This document shows positions 1 through 13,098 of a DNA stretch of 64,000 bases, piece after piece. How positions within the stretch are numbered: position 1 is the stretch's first letter; each line of letters begins with the position of its first letter. The stretch comes from Felis catus (Eukaryota): positions 52,081,815-52,145,814 of the forward strand of contig NC_058368.1 in assembly GCF_018350175.1 (NCBI RefSeq). Reading direction: 5' to 3'. Below the pieces are notes generated by a model, which saw nothing but the letters and a program-made list of their open reading frames with translations, was not told the DNA's origin and ran no database searches. Position numbers and translations under genes: made by a program.

Positions 1-558
1 GGCATTCCTCCTTCATTTTTTCTAGCAGTGGCTACTCTTTCTTCCTGCTGTGCCCTCAAGTGTTTTGTTAGGCCACCTCGGGGTGGCCTACCCCACTGTT
101 ATACTGTCGGGGGATTTGATACCTATAGGGTACATATAAATAATCAGAAAGCTGCCATTCAAATTCAAGGTGATTTCTTTTATCAGGCAGAGCGATAAAA
201 TCCTTTCCGCCCATCTATTCTTGAACTCCCTTTTTATGGGGGTAGAGAGAAATAATGGTGAGTGGCAGTTTTAGCTGAAGATTGTATGAAACAGGCCAGA
301 TATAGGCTGTGCAATGCACACTGGCTCTTCCTCTGCTGGACTCCACCCAACTAAATCCCTGTTCAATCTGTAACGTTTCATGCCCAGGAGGAACCATTCC
401 GTGTAGAGATTCAGGCAGAGACTAGGTGGTTCATTCATGGCTTCACAGCTAATTGATAGCATAGCTGGGGCAGGAATCGTAGATTTTTGTTGTCTATGCA
501 ATGCTTCCTGGGGAACTGGAAATAGGATGTCAATTTCTATTTAAAAGGGTGAATTTTT

Positions 559-743
559 GGGGGCTCCTGGATGGCTCATCTTTGGCTCAGGTCATGTTCT
601 TGCGGTCTGTGAGTTCGAGCCTGGCATCAGGCTCTGTGCTGACAGCTCAGAGCCTGCTTCGGATTCTGTGTCTCCCTCTCCACCCCTCCCCTGCTCGCGC
701 TCTGGCTCTCTCTCTCAAAAACAAACATTAAAAACATTTTTTA
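559..743 (+). mobile_element. Can-SINE (SINEC) with a short internal deletion in the tRNA-derived head
   Basis: GGGGCTCCTGGATGGCTCA head, GGTCATG...GAGTTCGAGCC body, (CT)n, A-tail; TSD AAAAGGGTGAATTTT at 543-557 and 744-758. Confidence 0.9.
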
Positions 744-1124
744 AAAAGGGTGAATTTTAAGTGTGAAATATGGTCTAAAGAACATAAGAAAAGCAAGCGT
801 CAGGCTAAAGGAATGAGAAATGCGGTCTAGGGTTGTGCGTGCTAATTCCAAACCTGGCTATTTTGGGCGTAGTACTTATCCTCCCTGTCTGGGTAAAAAC
901 AATGTCAGCATTTAATTGCTTCATAGCTGAGCTGAGTAAAAATATAGAGTGTTATGCGAATGAAGAATTATATGGGTGCATTTGGGAGTGTGAATATTCG
1001 CTGCTTTGGGTTTGCCCTTCTTACCCGAGACTTCTTATACTTCATTGTCCCTGCAGGGGAAGCCCCTTTCCTTCCATGTTCACCATCACCTTCATTCACA
1101 TTTGCTCCACCCGGTCCACACTAG

Positions 1125-1914
1125 AGTGAATACCCCCAACAAAGTGAGTCAAATGGATTTTTTAGTTTCCCAGTGTATACGAAAGTTATGTTTACACTAT
1201 ACTGTAGTCTATTGAGTGTGAGACAGACTATATCTATTCTATATCTGAAAAAAAAAGTACAGACCTTAATTGAAAAATACCTTATTGCTAAAAATGCTAG
1301 TCATCACTGGGCTTTCAGAGAGTAGTAATCTTTTTGCTGCTGGAGATGTCGATGGTTGCTGACTGATCAGGGTGGCGGTTCCTGAAGGCTGCGGTGGCTG
1401 TAGCAAGTTTTTAAAAATCAGACAGCAATAAAGTTTGCCACATCAGTGGACTCTTCTATTCAAGAACAATTTCTCAGTAGCATGTGACATCGTTTGTTAG
1501 CATTTTATCCACAGTAGAACTTCTTTCAAAATTGGAGTCAGTCCTCTCACACCCTGCTTTACCAACTAAGTTTATGGAATATTCTAAATGTCCTGTTGTC
1601 ATTTCAACAATGTTCACAGCATCTTCACCAGGAGTGGATTCCATTTCAGGAAACCTCTTATTTTGCTCGTCCATAAGAAGCAACTCTTCACCTGAAAAAA
1701 TTTTATCCTGAGAATGCAGCAATTCAAATGTCGTGATAATGAAAAAGTTTGAATTGCCAAAATGGGACAGGGAGACAGGAAGCGAGCAAACGCCATTGGA
1801 GAAATGGTGCCAATGGATTTCTTGACGCGGGATTGGCACAAACCTTCAATTTGTAAAAAATGTAGCATCTGCAAAGTGCAATAAAGTGCGGTGCAGTAAG
1901 TCAACGTATGCTGG
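1125..1914 (-). mobile_element. Internally deleted Tigger1-family (TcMar/pogo) DNA transposon with a transposase C-terminal remnant
   Basis: Minus ORF 1474-1839 contains [47 protein letters not shown], resembling the Tigger1 transposase C-terminus; 1741-1914 resembles the reverse complement of the Tigger1 5' end (CACAAACCTTCAATTTGTAAAAAA), followed by TA; the left TIR appears lost. Confidence 0.85.
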
Positions 1915-2289
1915 TAATCTAAGCCTCACTGAGATCTATCCCTTCTCTTTCAAGACTGTTAAACACAACTGAGCACTTGATCGCATTGAGACTTCCATGG
2001 GTCACTTCTGAGTTCATGTTAATCGATATCCTTTCCGGGACAGGATAGAATGACAGGTTCTTTCTGTACCATCACAATACCTGCCACCATTGAGAGCAAG
2101 AAATAATTTTATAAATCTGATAATTACATTTTAAGCTATTTAATTATATTTTACTACTCTAGTCATAAGTTTCAGGAAGAAAACCAAATTATTTTAAGGT
2201 AAACATACATATTCCACATCTGGAATTTAAAATACGGTATTGGTTACCTACCACCTATATGGGGCACCTCATTTCATAGGATCTCATTT

Positions 2290-2440
2290 ATTTCCTCAGG
2301 AAAGTCTTTGAAATAGATACTGTTTTTTATGATAATATGGGAAGTGAAATAGTCTCAGAAATTCACTCAATCCACATAGCTGGTTAGTTGTGGAACTAGG
2401 ATTTGCACAAGATAATCTGGTTACACAGACTATGCTTTTG
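2290..2440 (-). mobile_element. MIR fragment
   Basis: Degenerate MIR core: CACATAGCTGGTTAGTTGTGGAACTAGGATTTG. Confidence 0.55.
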
Positions 2441-2468
2441 ATTAATTTAATTACATAGAGTCTAAAGA

Positions 2469-2692
2469 TTTTTTTATTTTATTTTTTAAATGTGTATTTA
2501 TTTATTTTGAGAGAAAGAGAAAGAGAGAGAGAGAGCATGAGCAGGGAAGGGATGGAAAAGAAAGAATCCCAAACAGGCTCAGCGCTGCCAGCACAGAGCC
2601 TGATACGGGGCTCGAACTCATGAACTGTGAAATCAGGAACAGAGCTGAAATCGAATCCGACACTTAACCGACTGAGTCACCCAGGGTCCCCC
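2469..2692 (-). mobile_element. Can-SINE
   Basis: T-tail, (GA)n, GGGGCTCGAACTCATGAACTGTGA, TTAACCGACTGAGTCACCCAGG. Confidence 0.9.
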
Positions 2693-2931
2693 CAATTTTT
2701 TTTCTTATTTTGAGAAAACAGTGTTTTAGACCTCAGTAATATCCAACTGAGGCTTAACCTGAGTTGAGTGAAAATATGAAGGTAGCCATGTAAAAATAAA
2801 AGATTTATTATTTGATCCTCATGAAGTACCTTAATCAAATCACAAGAAATGGAGTCTCAGTTTCCCCTTTTGTAACATGGAGGGAAAGGATTAGACGATG
2901 TCTAAAGTTACTTCTTCAAAAATGTCAGTAT

Positions 2932-3154
2932 GGGGGTGCCTGGGTGGCTCAGTCAGTTAGGCGGCCGACTTCAGCTCAGGTCACGATCTCGCGGTCCTGA
3001 GTTTGAGCCCCGCGTCGGGCTCTGTGCTGACCGCTCGGAGCCTGGAGCCTGCTTCGGATTCTGTCTCCCTCTCTCTCTGCCCCTCCCCCACTCATGCTCT
3101 GTCTCTCTCTCTCTGTCAAAAATAAACATTAAAAAAAAAATTAAAAAAAAAAAA
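2932..3154 (+). mobile_element. Can-SINE (SINEC_Fc-like)
   Basis: GGGGTGCCTGGGTGGCTCAGTCAGTT head, CpG-rich body, (CT)n, AATAAACATT A-tail; degenerate TSD AAAA(T)GTCAGT. Confidence 0.95.
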
Positions 3155-4282
3155 GTCAGTCTGATGGGCAAACTGACTCTGGAAAGGGACCCGAAGTGCA
3201 GCAAGGTGAAATCTTGTGCTAGACTTTTTTTCCCCCTTCTTTTTATATTCTCTACTTGTGCCTTGGGCAATTCTATCACAGATACAAGGTTTGTTCACCT
3301 TATGACTTAAAATCCCATACTGATAAACTTTATAACTTTACCAGTAAAGCACTGTGTAAATTTAATTTGTAAATATATGCAAAAAAATTGTATCACATTT
3401 TAAGAATCCTGTCCTGAAAATTTTTGGGTGTGAACTGATTTTGAATTTAGCATTTATAAGAGCTTTCTGTTGTTTTTGTCGTTGTTGTTGTGTACTTAGT
3501 AAATGTGGAATCTTTTACAAAGTTGCTTTTATAAAGGTACTTTTTCAAGTGTCCTAGGAAGTATATCAAAACCTCATATTGGCTAAGATCAGCCATCAAA
3601 GACAGAAAAAGGCGGTGAAGGACCACGTCCCACTATCCCTTTTAAATTACTTTAACTAGAAGGTCATGAAGACATGGCTGAATGCACTTCAGAATTCATT
3701 CCTCAAAGAGGTTTGCCATGGGGAGCTTGCCCAAAGCAAACCTTTTCCCCTGGTAAGAGAACAAAGAAAAGCCCTTTTAGCCACAAAAAAGTGAATACTT
3801 TCATGTAATCCCCTTGATACGAATGTACCCTTGGAAATCTACCTTGCATTCCTTAAATCACGAATGCTGAGGGACAAGGTGTGTGAAAAACACAGAAAGA
3901 GTTGGTTCAGTTGCTTCTCCACACATTCCCCGAGGAACAGATCCAATGATCAAATAATAGTTGAAGTAAGGGAATAAAGATTAAAATGGCTGCACAAATC
4001 AATAGCAAACAGTCGGAACCTTTCTTTTCTCGGATTTTTCTCTTATGATTCTGTGACTATAGCTCTTGGGCCTTAGGGGTAAGGATACTTTAAAAGTTCT
4101 TTTCCGATTCAGGTATACTTTATATACAGTTAACTGGATGGGACCTAAGTGCCCAGTCCGAAGAGTGTTGACAAGTTCACCCCTCTGGGACCCATACCTC
4201 ATGGGCCTTCTTCAAAATTCATTTATTCTTCGAAAGCAGTGAAATTTGAATCGTTGGGATTTGGACACTATTCCTATTAAGA

Positions 4283-4504
4283 TTTTTTTTTTAATTTTTT
4301 TTTCAACGTTTATTTATTTTTGGGACAGAGAGACACAGAGCATGAACAGGGGAGGGGAAGAGAGAGAGGGAGACAGAATCGGAAACAGGCTCCAGGCTCC
4401 GAGCCATCAGCCCAGAGCCTGACGTGGGGCTCGAACTCACGGACCGCGAGATCGTGACCTGGCTGAAGTCGGACGCTTAACCGACTGCGCCACCCAGGCG
4501 CCCC
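4283..4504 (-). mobile_element. Young feline SINE (SINEC_Fc-like)
   Basis: CpG-intact body ending ACTGCGCCACCCAGGCGCCCC; perfect TSD TATTCCTATTAAGATTTTT on both sides. Confidence 0.97.
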
Positions 4505-6249
4505 TATTCCTATTAAGATTTTTATCAAGACATTCTCCTGCTGAGTCAATTTGTTTTACACAGATTATCAGCTGCCGTAACTGAAACAAAATTCATAAAG
4601 TAGAGGCGTACTTATAAATGAAAGAAACTAAGATTTGAAACTTGATTCATGGTTACTCGATCGTGCCTAGTTCTAGCCCATGCCCCCATAAGTCACGAGA
4701 ATTTGATAGACTTGTAGTAATTAGAAATAAGACATAGTTCTTTTCTGCTTATAAGAAATATGAGAAACAGGAAGGTCACACTTCCTTTGTTCTATCTGAG
4801 GAAAGAAGCATAGTTTGCTACTTCACACTGTGGTCGACTTTAATTAAAGGTTTTATGAGGGAGTTTGCTCTCCTGCTTATGGCTTAAGTAATTTTTGTAT
4901 TTCTTTCTTTGATCTAGTTTTAAATACCAGCATGGGCAAAAGAAAAAATGAGGGTAACGTGGTCTATGAACTCTTTAAGCCCGTTCACAAGAGCTCTTTG
5001 GCACAACTGTTAAAATGTGTTAGAAATTCCAATCTGAGCAAGCACGCAGCCCAACCCGTGCTCTCTCGGTCTGTCGGTGCACGCTTGGCGATTAGGTAAA
5101 TTACTTTCAGCCCATTCAATCATGGACCAAACACTATCATTACTTTTTATTAGAACAAGTCCAGCAGGTGTAAAGCACTCCTCTAGACAGTTGCTATTTC
5201 GGATGGGAAATGGTTTATGATGAGTTTATGGGTCATTTCTACCTCTCATTTTTACCTTTCTTTATTTTCTTTCATTTTTACCTTTGATTTTTCCTTCCTT
5301 TAATTTTTATCTTTCTTATTGCTGCTCTTTCAATACCCTGATGGAGTGTCCCAAAGAATGTGAAATCGTCAAAGGTGGTTAGAAATAGAAGAGAAAGAGA
5401 AATTTGGAGATTTAACAATCTGCTGTTGAATCAAGGAGAGTTGCTACTTCTTCAAAGAAAGGAAAAGTTCTCGGCAGTACCGTATAGAATATGCTAGAAG
5501 GCACAGAAAAGAATTTCCACGTCAGGTCTCTTTTACTTTTTAAACAATTGTATTTTATCAGCAAGATATTTTTATTTCATTTCTCTAATAGTTAAACTTC
5601 AGATTTGATGAAATCTTTTTAGTCAAAATCTGCTGACATCTTTGAAAAGTTTCCTAATTTGAAAAACCTAGTTGTAGGAAGATAGAACTACTTGAACCAA
5701 AATGTCAAGGGAAACAGTGGTATTCTTGAAAGCTTCTCTACTGTACAGTAGACGAATCCTTTGATTTCCAGCCTCACCTAAAATAAATAGCTCAGCTGTG
5801 GCATCTCTTTGTCAAGGTGGGGGATCATCAGGGGCTTTCAGAGCTGTGCCCAATGTTTATCGGGCTGTTTCTGGGGACGTCTCTTAGAGATGCATACACA
5901 GGAAAGTGCCTCTTCTCTTTTAGGCCTTCTAGGGACAACACTTATTGCTACTGCTTTTAATTCTGTTGGACGTACACTCAGAGGTGGGATTGCTGGATTC
6001 TGACATGGCTTCATCAACCACGGATTATCCAAATGAAATCGTTCACGGAATCTTACAGGAGATGCACAGGAGCCACACTTCCCTCAAGGGCAGCCAGGTG
6101 GTGCGAGGCTGGCATTTGAGGGACCACTGCGGAGGTTGGGGTGTACCAGTAGTAGGCAGGGAAGCGGGCAGGATACAGCAATAGGGAATCCAGAGAGCGG
6201 CTAATCCTTTGAACATCGACGTTGTTTTTGTTTTTTTTGTGTGTGGTGG

Positions 6250-7170
6250 AAACACACATAACATAAAATGTAGCACCTTGTGTACAGTTCAATGTGTAAT
6301 CCAAACTGCTGACCTCCATATCTTTTTCATCTTGCAAAGCTCAAACTCTGTCTCCTTAGAAAACAACTCCCGTTTTGTGCTCCCTGTAGGCCCTGGTAGT
6401 TACCATTCTACTTTGTTTCTATGAATTTGACCACTTTAGATAGTTCCTACAGGTGGAACCGTTCAATATTTGTCTTTTTGTGACCGGCTGATTTCACTTA
6501 GCATAATGTCCTCGAGCTTCATCCATATGGCAGAATGTGACAGGACTTCTTCTCTTTTAAAGGCTGAATAATATTCTATAATATTCCCTTGTACGTGTGT
6601 GCACTACGTTTTGTGGGTCCATTCATCCGTCTGTGGCCATTTGGGTTGCTTCCACCTCTTGGCTATTGTGAATAGTGTTGGACTGAATGTGTGCTATAGA
6701 CTGGGTGGTTGTGAGCCTCTAAAAGGTGTATGTTGAAGTAGAGTCCCCAGGGTGATGGTGTTTGGAGTTGGGGCCTTTGGGAGGTAGAACCCTCATGAAT
6801 GAGATTAGTGTCCTTATAAAAGAGACTCTAGAGGGTTCCCATGCCCCTTCCATCATGGGAAGACAGCAAGAAGACGGTGGTCTATAAAGCAGGGGGCGGG
6901 CTCTTACCAGACATTGAATCTGCAAGCTTTGATCTTAGATGTTGCAGCCTCCAGAACTGTGAGAAATGAATGTCTATTGTTTATAAGCTACCCAGTCCAT
7001 GGTGTTCTTGTTGCGGCAGTTCCAATGTGAGTGTGCAAATGTCTTTCTGAGAACCTGCTTTCTATTCTCTTGGACGTACACCCAGAAATGGGATTGCTGG
7101 ATAGTAAGGTAGTTTTAATCTTTTGAGGAACTGCTCTACTGTTTTCCATAGCAGTGTACCATTTTACAAT
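6250..7170 (-). mobile_element. Old L1M (L1MB/MA-like) 3' fragment interrupted by a MaLR LTR
   Basis: Antisense L1 3' motifs ATTTCACTTAGCATAATGTCCTC, TTCCACCTCTTGGCTATTGTGAATAGTG; the L1 resumes at ~7026 with ACCCAGAAATGGGATTGCTGGAT...GTTTTCCATAGC. Confidence 0.8.
6692..7025 (+). mobile_element. ERVL-MaLR solo LTR (MLT1A-like)
   Basis: TGCTATAGACTG start, GGGCCTTTGGGAGGT, GATTAGTGTCCTTATAAAAGAGAC, CAGCCTCCAGAACTGTGAGAAAT, TTGTTTATAAGCTACCCAGTC. Confidence 0.8.
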
Positions 7171-7899
7171 GACAATATCTATATTGTCATAAAGATGACA
7201 ATGACATATACAATGACATATCTATGTTGAAGTAAACTACCTTTCAGGAAATAGTTCATAACATCATTGCACAGAAAAATACGAATGGTTAAAATATAAA
7301 ATGACATAATAAATCTATCTCGAAATGTGTCAGGATTGAAATTGCTGTTTTCTTTGCCCCCTCTCATTTCTGACTCTTGTACAATGGAGAGGATTGATGC
7401 CAAGCAAATGAACAAATAAATAAGTTAATTTCTGATGTAAATTGCAACATCAAACCTTGATCTTCTAGAGCTTACATGAGAAAAGAAAATAGTTTGATTG
7501 TGGCAACAGGAAGGGATTTACCCTTGGGCAGTGTGGCCTGTGATTGACTTGACAACATGGTATGACATCAGGACTTCTGGGAAGATCTACCCCTTGTCCT
7601 CACTGCTCCTCAAATGTATACCTTTCCCTGTGGCTTCCTGAGGTCTGGAATTCCACATTCAGGAACTAATGGGCTCATGAGAGCAAGTTTTTTCCTAATA
7701 GGAAAATTGCTGGGTGGGAGGTGGGGTGGACAGGGCCAGAAAACGAATTCCATTCTGCAGTCAGACAGTGGCCGGGTGATGTGACAATGGAGTTTGAGAA
7801 GAATCCTTGAGATGCTGTGTGCCATATACCAGGCAAGCTGGGAGGATATAGCAGAGGGGAGCTGGGGATGGTCCATACTGGCTCCAAGGCCCCCACTAG

Positions 7900-8330
7900 G
7901 CCACAGTGAAGTATCACCTGGGACTGTAGCCATCTCAAGGTTTGACTGATGGAGGATGTACTTCCAGCTCACTCAGTGGCAGGCCTCACCTGACCCACTT
8001 CCAAGCCCACTCATGTGGCTCTTGGCAGACCACAGGTCCTCACTGGTCAGAGACATCAGTTTCTTGCCTTGTGGGCTGCTCCAGAGCATAGCTCACAGCC
8101 TGGCACCTGGCTTCCCTCAGAGAGAGCAAACGAGAGAGTGAAAGTGTCCAATATGAAATTCACTGTCTTTTGTAAGCTAATATTGGAAGTGACATCTCAT
8201 CACTTATTCTGTATTCTATTTATTAATGCAAGACACTAGAGCTAGCTCACACTCCAGGGGAGGAGATTGCACAAAGGTATGGATACCAGGTTGAGGTATC
8301 CATTGAGGCATGGTTGAGGATTAGACGCTT
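7900..8330 (-). mobile_element. ERVL-MaLR LTR (MLT1F/G-like)
   Basis: CTTCCAAGCCCACTCATGTGG, GGAAGTGACATCTCATCACTT, CACAAAGGTATGGATACCAGG motifs typical of older MLT1 LTRs. Confidence 0.65.
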
Positions 8331-8907
8331 GAACTATATCCTGCCTTGTTCTGGATTGGTGTGGGGACTGGACAGACCTGAAATTACACAAGAAGGGTGT
8401 TAGCTGACCCATTGTGGGGGAAGGGTGAGGATTGGGAAAGTCTGTGTCTAGGAACTAGGTCAAGGGCCACCAAGGGTGGGGGTGCTCGAGGCAAATTTAA
8501 CAGAAATTCCCCCTTCTTGAGAATTTGGTAAGAGATTAGTCTTGGCATTTAGTAAATTTGGCAATCAAGAACTTCATGGAAATGTTTCCATGGTATTTTT
8601 TTCAATTTCAAGTTAGTTGAAAAACCACGTGATGGTTATCACGGGAGCACTGGATAGAATTTATCTTAAGTAAAAGCTATAATTTCTTAAGACTGTCACA
8701 ATTTCTTCCCTTCTAGCACATTTATCCATCCATCCATCTAAATATTCATGGTGAATAATCCCGATCTTGTGAGGAAGTCAAGTATTTATTTAAAAAAAAG
8801 CAACACTGTTACTTAGGTATATCTAGTCTTTTATTTGCAAGCAAATAAAAAAGCAATTGAATTAATCTTTTATAAAAATCTAGAGGGTAAATAAGATATC
8901 ACTTTAG

Positions 8908-8954
8908 TATATGTATGTATATATATATACACACATATATATATGTGTGTGTGT
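8908..8954. repeat. (TA)n/(CA)n/(TG)n compound microsatellite
   Basis: TATATGTATGTATATATATATACACACATATATATATGTGTGTGTGT. Confidence 0.85.
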
Positions 8955-11900
8955 GGATTTAATATTCTATATTGCTGAAATGTATCATATTTTCAAAGCT
9001 GTAACGTTAACCACCATTTTATGTCAAGAACCAAGTGACCTGATCTTTGGTGGTCTTCATTTACCAACAAGAGATATTCTGAGGAAATGTTTCATCTCTT
9101 TTGTTTACCACAGGGTGGTTTCAGTATTGTTACCAAATATTTTATATATTTTTTTTCATGACAGTTTTTTTTTTTTTTTTTGGTATAAAATTAGCTAGAG
9201 CACATGATATTTTAAGGAGCTTTGTTTTCAAGGGGAATGTCTTTTCCTGAAAATGTTTACCAGTGGAGGCATCAAGAACGTGTTTGGCTTAAAATTAGCT
9301 CGAAAAACACACATTTAAGTTATTTACTCTGAAATATATAAATGCAAATGGATCTGCCTGAAAAACAAAAATGCCCTTTCTCCTTTGGAATTCCAGACAT
9401 AACACAGCTTCTGCGAAGTCAAGAAAAAATCAAGTCTGAGAACAGTGCTGCCTTTACCTTTACTCCAGGGAAAAGCTGAATTTGCTCTAGGGATAAGAAG
9501 CAAAGGCAAAAATGTCATTGTCCTAGTAACATTTTCACCAAATTATTTAAGTATAATTTCCTAAAGATTTCTTAAAATATTTCTAATGCTTAATTGAACA
9601 ATAACAACCATTTTCCAACCCCCAACTTTTAAATTAATTTCTATAAGTATCAAATTTACTTAGAGCCTACTCCATTAGTAAAAGATGAACTAGGATCCAA
9701 AGTCATAATGGTTGATTCAACAATAAGCATTTTCAGTTGAAAAACCCAGTTATATTCCAACATGTATCAGCTTTAAATTTTAGGTGCAGACACCGATGAA
9801 GGTCAAAAGTTAGTGATTCATTTCCTGCACTTGTCACTATGCTGCTTGTTACAACAGATTTCTGGAAGTGACTGACAAGGGAAATAATCATGCAAAGGTC
9901 TTGTTTGTATGGCATGAGTAAATATAATGTGGGCCCAATACCATGAAGTGTTTTGATTATTAGAAATTCTCATAGAAGTCACTCATAGCATATGAGTGAG
10001 AGAACCAAAATATATAGGACTCTATCTTCCCAGACAGTCCCAAATATGATGCAAGGGGAAGAGAATAAGATAAGCATATAAAGATTGGTCATGGTAGGAT
10101 GCACCTTTCCATCCACACATACGTGTGAATATTCTTTTGATATTTAGCATTATATTGGCTTCAGCTTGGTCTTATAATATAGCTTCCGTTTTTTTAAGTG
10201 ACCTTTATTTTTTTTAAAGCGTATTACAATAGACTTTCCCTTCTGTGGCTAGTATTTGCTATTAATTTTTTAAACTAAGACCTATCTATGTTGGAGCAAT
10301 GAGGCATCATTTGTCTTAGTCCTGATGTGGGCTAGATATTTGTGAAGGCCCTGAAGACTGAGTTGTACATGGCAGGTCAATTCTCTAAAAGATTTCTGAT
10401 AACAACTTTCCTTTTAAACCTCTGAACTAAAAACAGAAGAGGAGCATGTCTTTTTCAAAAGAGGTGGCCTGGAAAAGAGAAGAGAATGAACCTTGGTTAT
10501 TTATTTAGCTGAGAGGCCTCATGTGACTCCTTTTACCTCCATGTATCTCTTGGGTAAAAGGGAGAATAAGATAGTGCCTCCATGAAAAGTTTAAATTCTA
10601 CGATGGTTGTAAACATTCAGTACAGTGCCTGGAATAAAATGACTGTCTAGGAAATATCAGAGATCATTTTTATTAATATATTTTCTGGTTCCTCAAAAGT
10701 AGATATTAAGGTGGGTACACTTGTTAGACTGCATGATAGAGTCTCTTTAGCAAAGGCTTGTTTCTAATAGACTTGATGTATTTTGAATTGACGGATGGGT
10801 AAGTCTGTGCCATCGTTTTTGGCCGTTGTGCCGGGTTACCATCTCTTGATGAGCAACTATGCAATGATCATGAAATGAGCAAGACTGACCACGTCAGTGA
10901 ATGTTCTACTGGTCTTCAAAGACGTGGTCAAGGTCTTTATGACCAACTCAACAATAACCAAGGAAGCCAAGGAAATGGAAAGCAGTGAAAGCCAGTTATG
11001 TAAGTAGCATATTTTGCATCAGTTACAGAGCTACATAGACTCAGATGCCTTGTTAATTTCAGCAACTTCTTAAAATGTACTATCATGCATGAAGTGTCAT
11101 CCCAATAAGCTACTTTTGGAGAGGACTATATAGATAACTGGAACACAACAGTATCCGTTCCAATTTATACGTCAGAATATTTCTTCTTAATTTTATATTT
11201 AATATTATCAAATATCCGTAGTGTGGCACCACAAATTAGTATAAATGATTTCTTCATTCTTTGGATGTTTGTTCTCAGGAAGACAATAGTGCTGTGATGG
11301 AGAAATGGTTTTAGATAGAAACTTCCACAATGGTGGACACAGACCATCCACATTAGGGCATATCAGAGATGAAAATCATGTCAGAAATTTTGATAGTTTG
11401 TAACTCACTAACTTCTGAAAAATACATACAAAACACTATTTTTAAAAATCCAGCATTTATTGATTCATCTGTTATGTGCCAAAACGGAGCTTTTAGCAAT
11501 TCCGAGCTGTTCTCAGAAACAATGAGACTTCGCTAAATACATGCGGTGCCTAAAGTTTGGTCTTTGCAGAGTTTAACACGCACAGCTGGGTCTTATTTTT
11601 GGCACCAGTGGAATTTGTAGCACTCTCTATTTTATAACACTTCCACACCTACTTTTACCTTATAAGGTAAGATCCAAACTCTAAATGTGTATTATACACA
11701 GGCCTATATTTAGCAGCAAAATAATGATTTTTGCAAGCCAAAGAGAAACAGGAATTCTGCCCCCAGATGCTGTTTTTGACAAGCAGCATCTAAATAGTTG
11801 CTGCCCAATGTCATGGTAGTTGATGACTGAGATGATTCCAGCCTGCTTTCCTACAGCCACTATGTAAAGCCAGATTTCTGTTTTGTAATACAACATCTAA

Positions 11901-12293
11901 AATACTTACATGCATAACTGAGACGAAAATAAGATGAAATTTTAAGTACCATAAGCACATTGATGAAGTGGCTAGTTTCATTAGACTTTATGTTTAAAGT
12001 CATGACCCCAAATGCGACTCTCTTCACAGTGTTGAGGAATTTCTCAAATTTTTTATAGCAAGTCCTATTCTTAAAGAGCCCCAAACCTTTTAATCAACCT
12101 GATTATAATTGACAGTCTTGGAGAAGCTTTCTGACCCGTCCGAGTTTCTTCCTCTCTGGGAACTTTCTTGGACATACAGGGTGAGATCCCCCAAGTGTCC
12201 ACTGTGTACCATATGGCCCAGCCTTGGTGGCCATCAGTGACTGATGGGGAGAAGCAAGACCTAAGCTGTCCTAACAATGACTCTCACAGTGTC

Positions 12294-12294
12294 G

Positions 12295-12333
<39 letters not shown>

Positions 12334-12350
12334 TGGTTTGTTGTTGTTGT
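12294..12350. repeat. (GTT)n microsatellite
   Basis: Run of GTT triplets; gives the poly-Val artefact ORF 12168-12359. Confidence 0.95.
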
Positions 12351-12759
12351 CTCGAATAGATCAGGGAGATAATTTTCTCATAGGAGACCTTGGTAGCTTC
12401 CATCAAATGACACCAGTCAGTGCACAATTAGGATAATCTAGCCAACTAGTCAAGAGCAGTGGGGAAGAACTTTTTTACCTTTGAGTTTTTCCATCTGGCT
12501 TTTTTGAAGCCTAGAAATAGCCCTCCCTTTCCTTAGATTGGGTGTAGTGAAGTCTTCTTTCAAAATCAGTTTTGTACAAAATCACAAAACTACAAAATTA
12601 GTTTCAGCGTGGCTGAATTATTATTCAACAAATACAATAGTCCAAATAGTTATGACTGATGCAAAAATCATGAGTAAGAGCTGTAATAGCTCCCTATCTA
12701 AAATAAATCCTATTCTAATACTTGTCTCCTCTTACTCTAATTATACTTCTATTTGTTTG

Positions 12760-12892
12760 TCTATCCCACTCCACTAGAATATGAGCTTACACAGGTAAGA
12801 GCTTTTTCTTTCTTGTTCGTCACCGAATTCATGATGCCTAGAATAGTGACAGGTGCATGGTAGGCTTTCAGTAAATATTGGTAAGTGAATAA
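12760..12892. mobile_element. L2 3'-end fragment
   Basis: CCACTAGAATATGAGCT...TGCCTAGAATAGTG...GTAGGCTTTCAGTAAATATT...GAATAAA. Confidence 0.6.
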
Positions 12893-13098
12893 ATTGCCAA
12901 AATTTAAAGGTAGTATCCATTATCATATCTCTTTTCTGGGGGTTGGGAGGAGGTATTTATCTCTGAGAAATATTAGTGGATTAAAACCGAATGTGTGTGT
13001 TTGTTGTGATGCTGGGTTGCCCTAGTCGGGAGTCGGGAGTGCCAACAGGCAGCACAGCAGGGGTGGCATATGAATGATAGCTTGATTACCAGTTTTTA

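Noticed and set aside
69..90. Perfect 9-bp hairpin TAGGCCACC-TCGG-GGTGGCCTA
   Set aside because: A few stems of this length are expected by chance in 64 kb; too short for a pre-miRNA and without supporting context.
1025..9487. Micro-exon-like minus-strand segments (~1025-1050 and ~9459-9487)
   Set aside because: Under 30 nt with only moderate splice signals; indistinguishable from pseudo-exons without RNA data.
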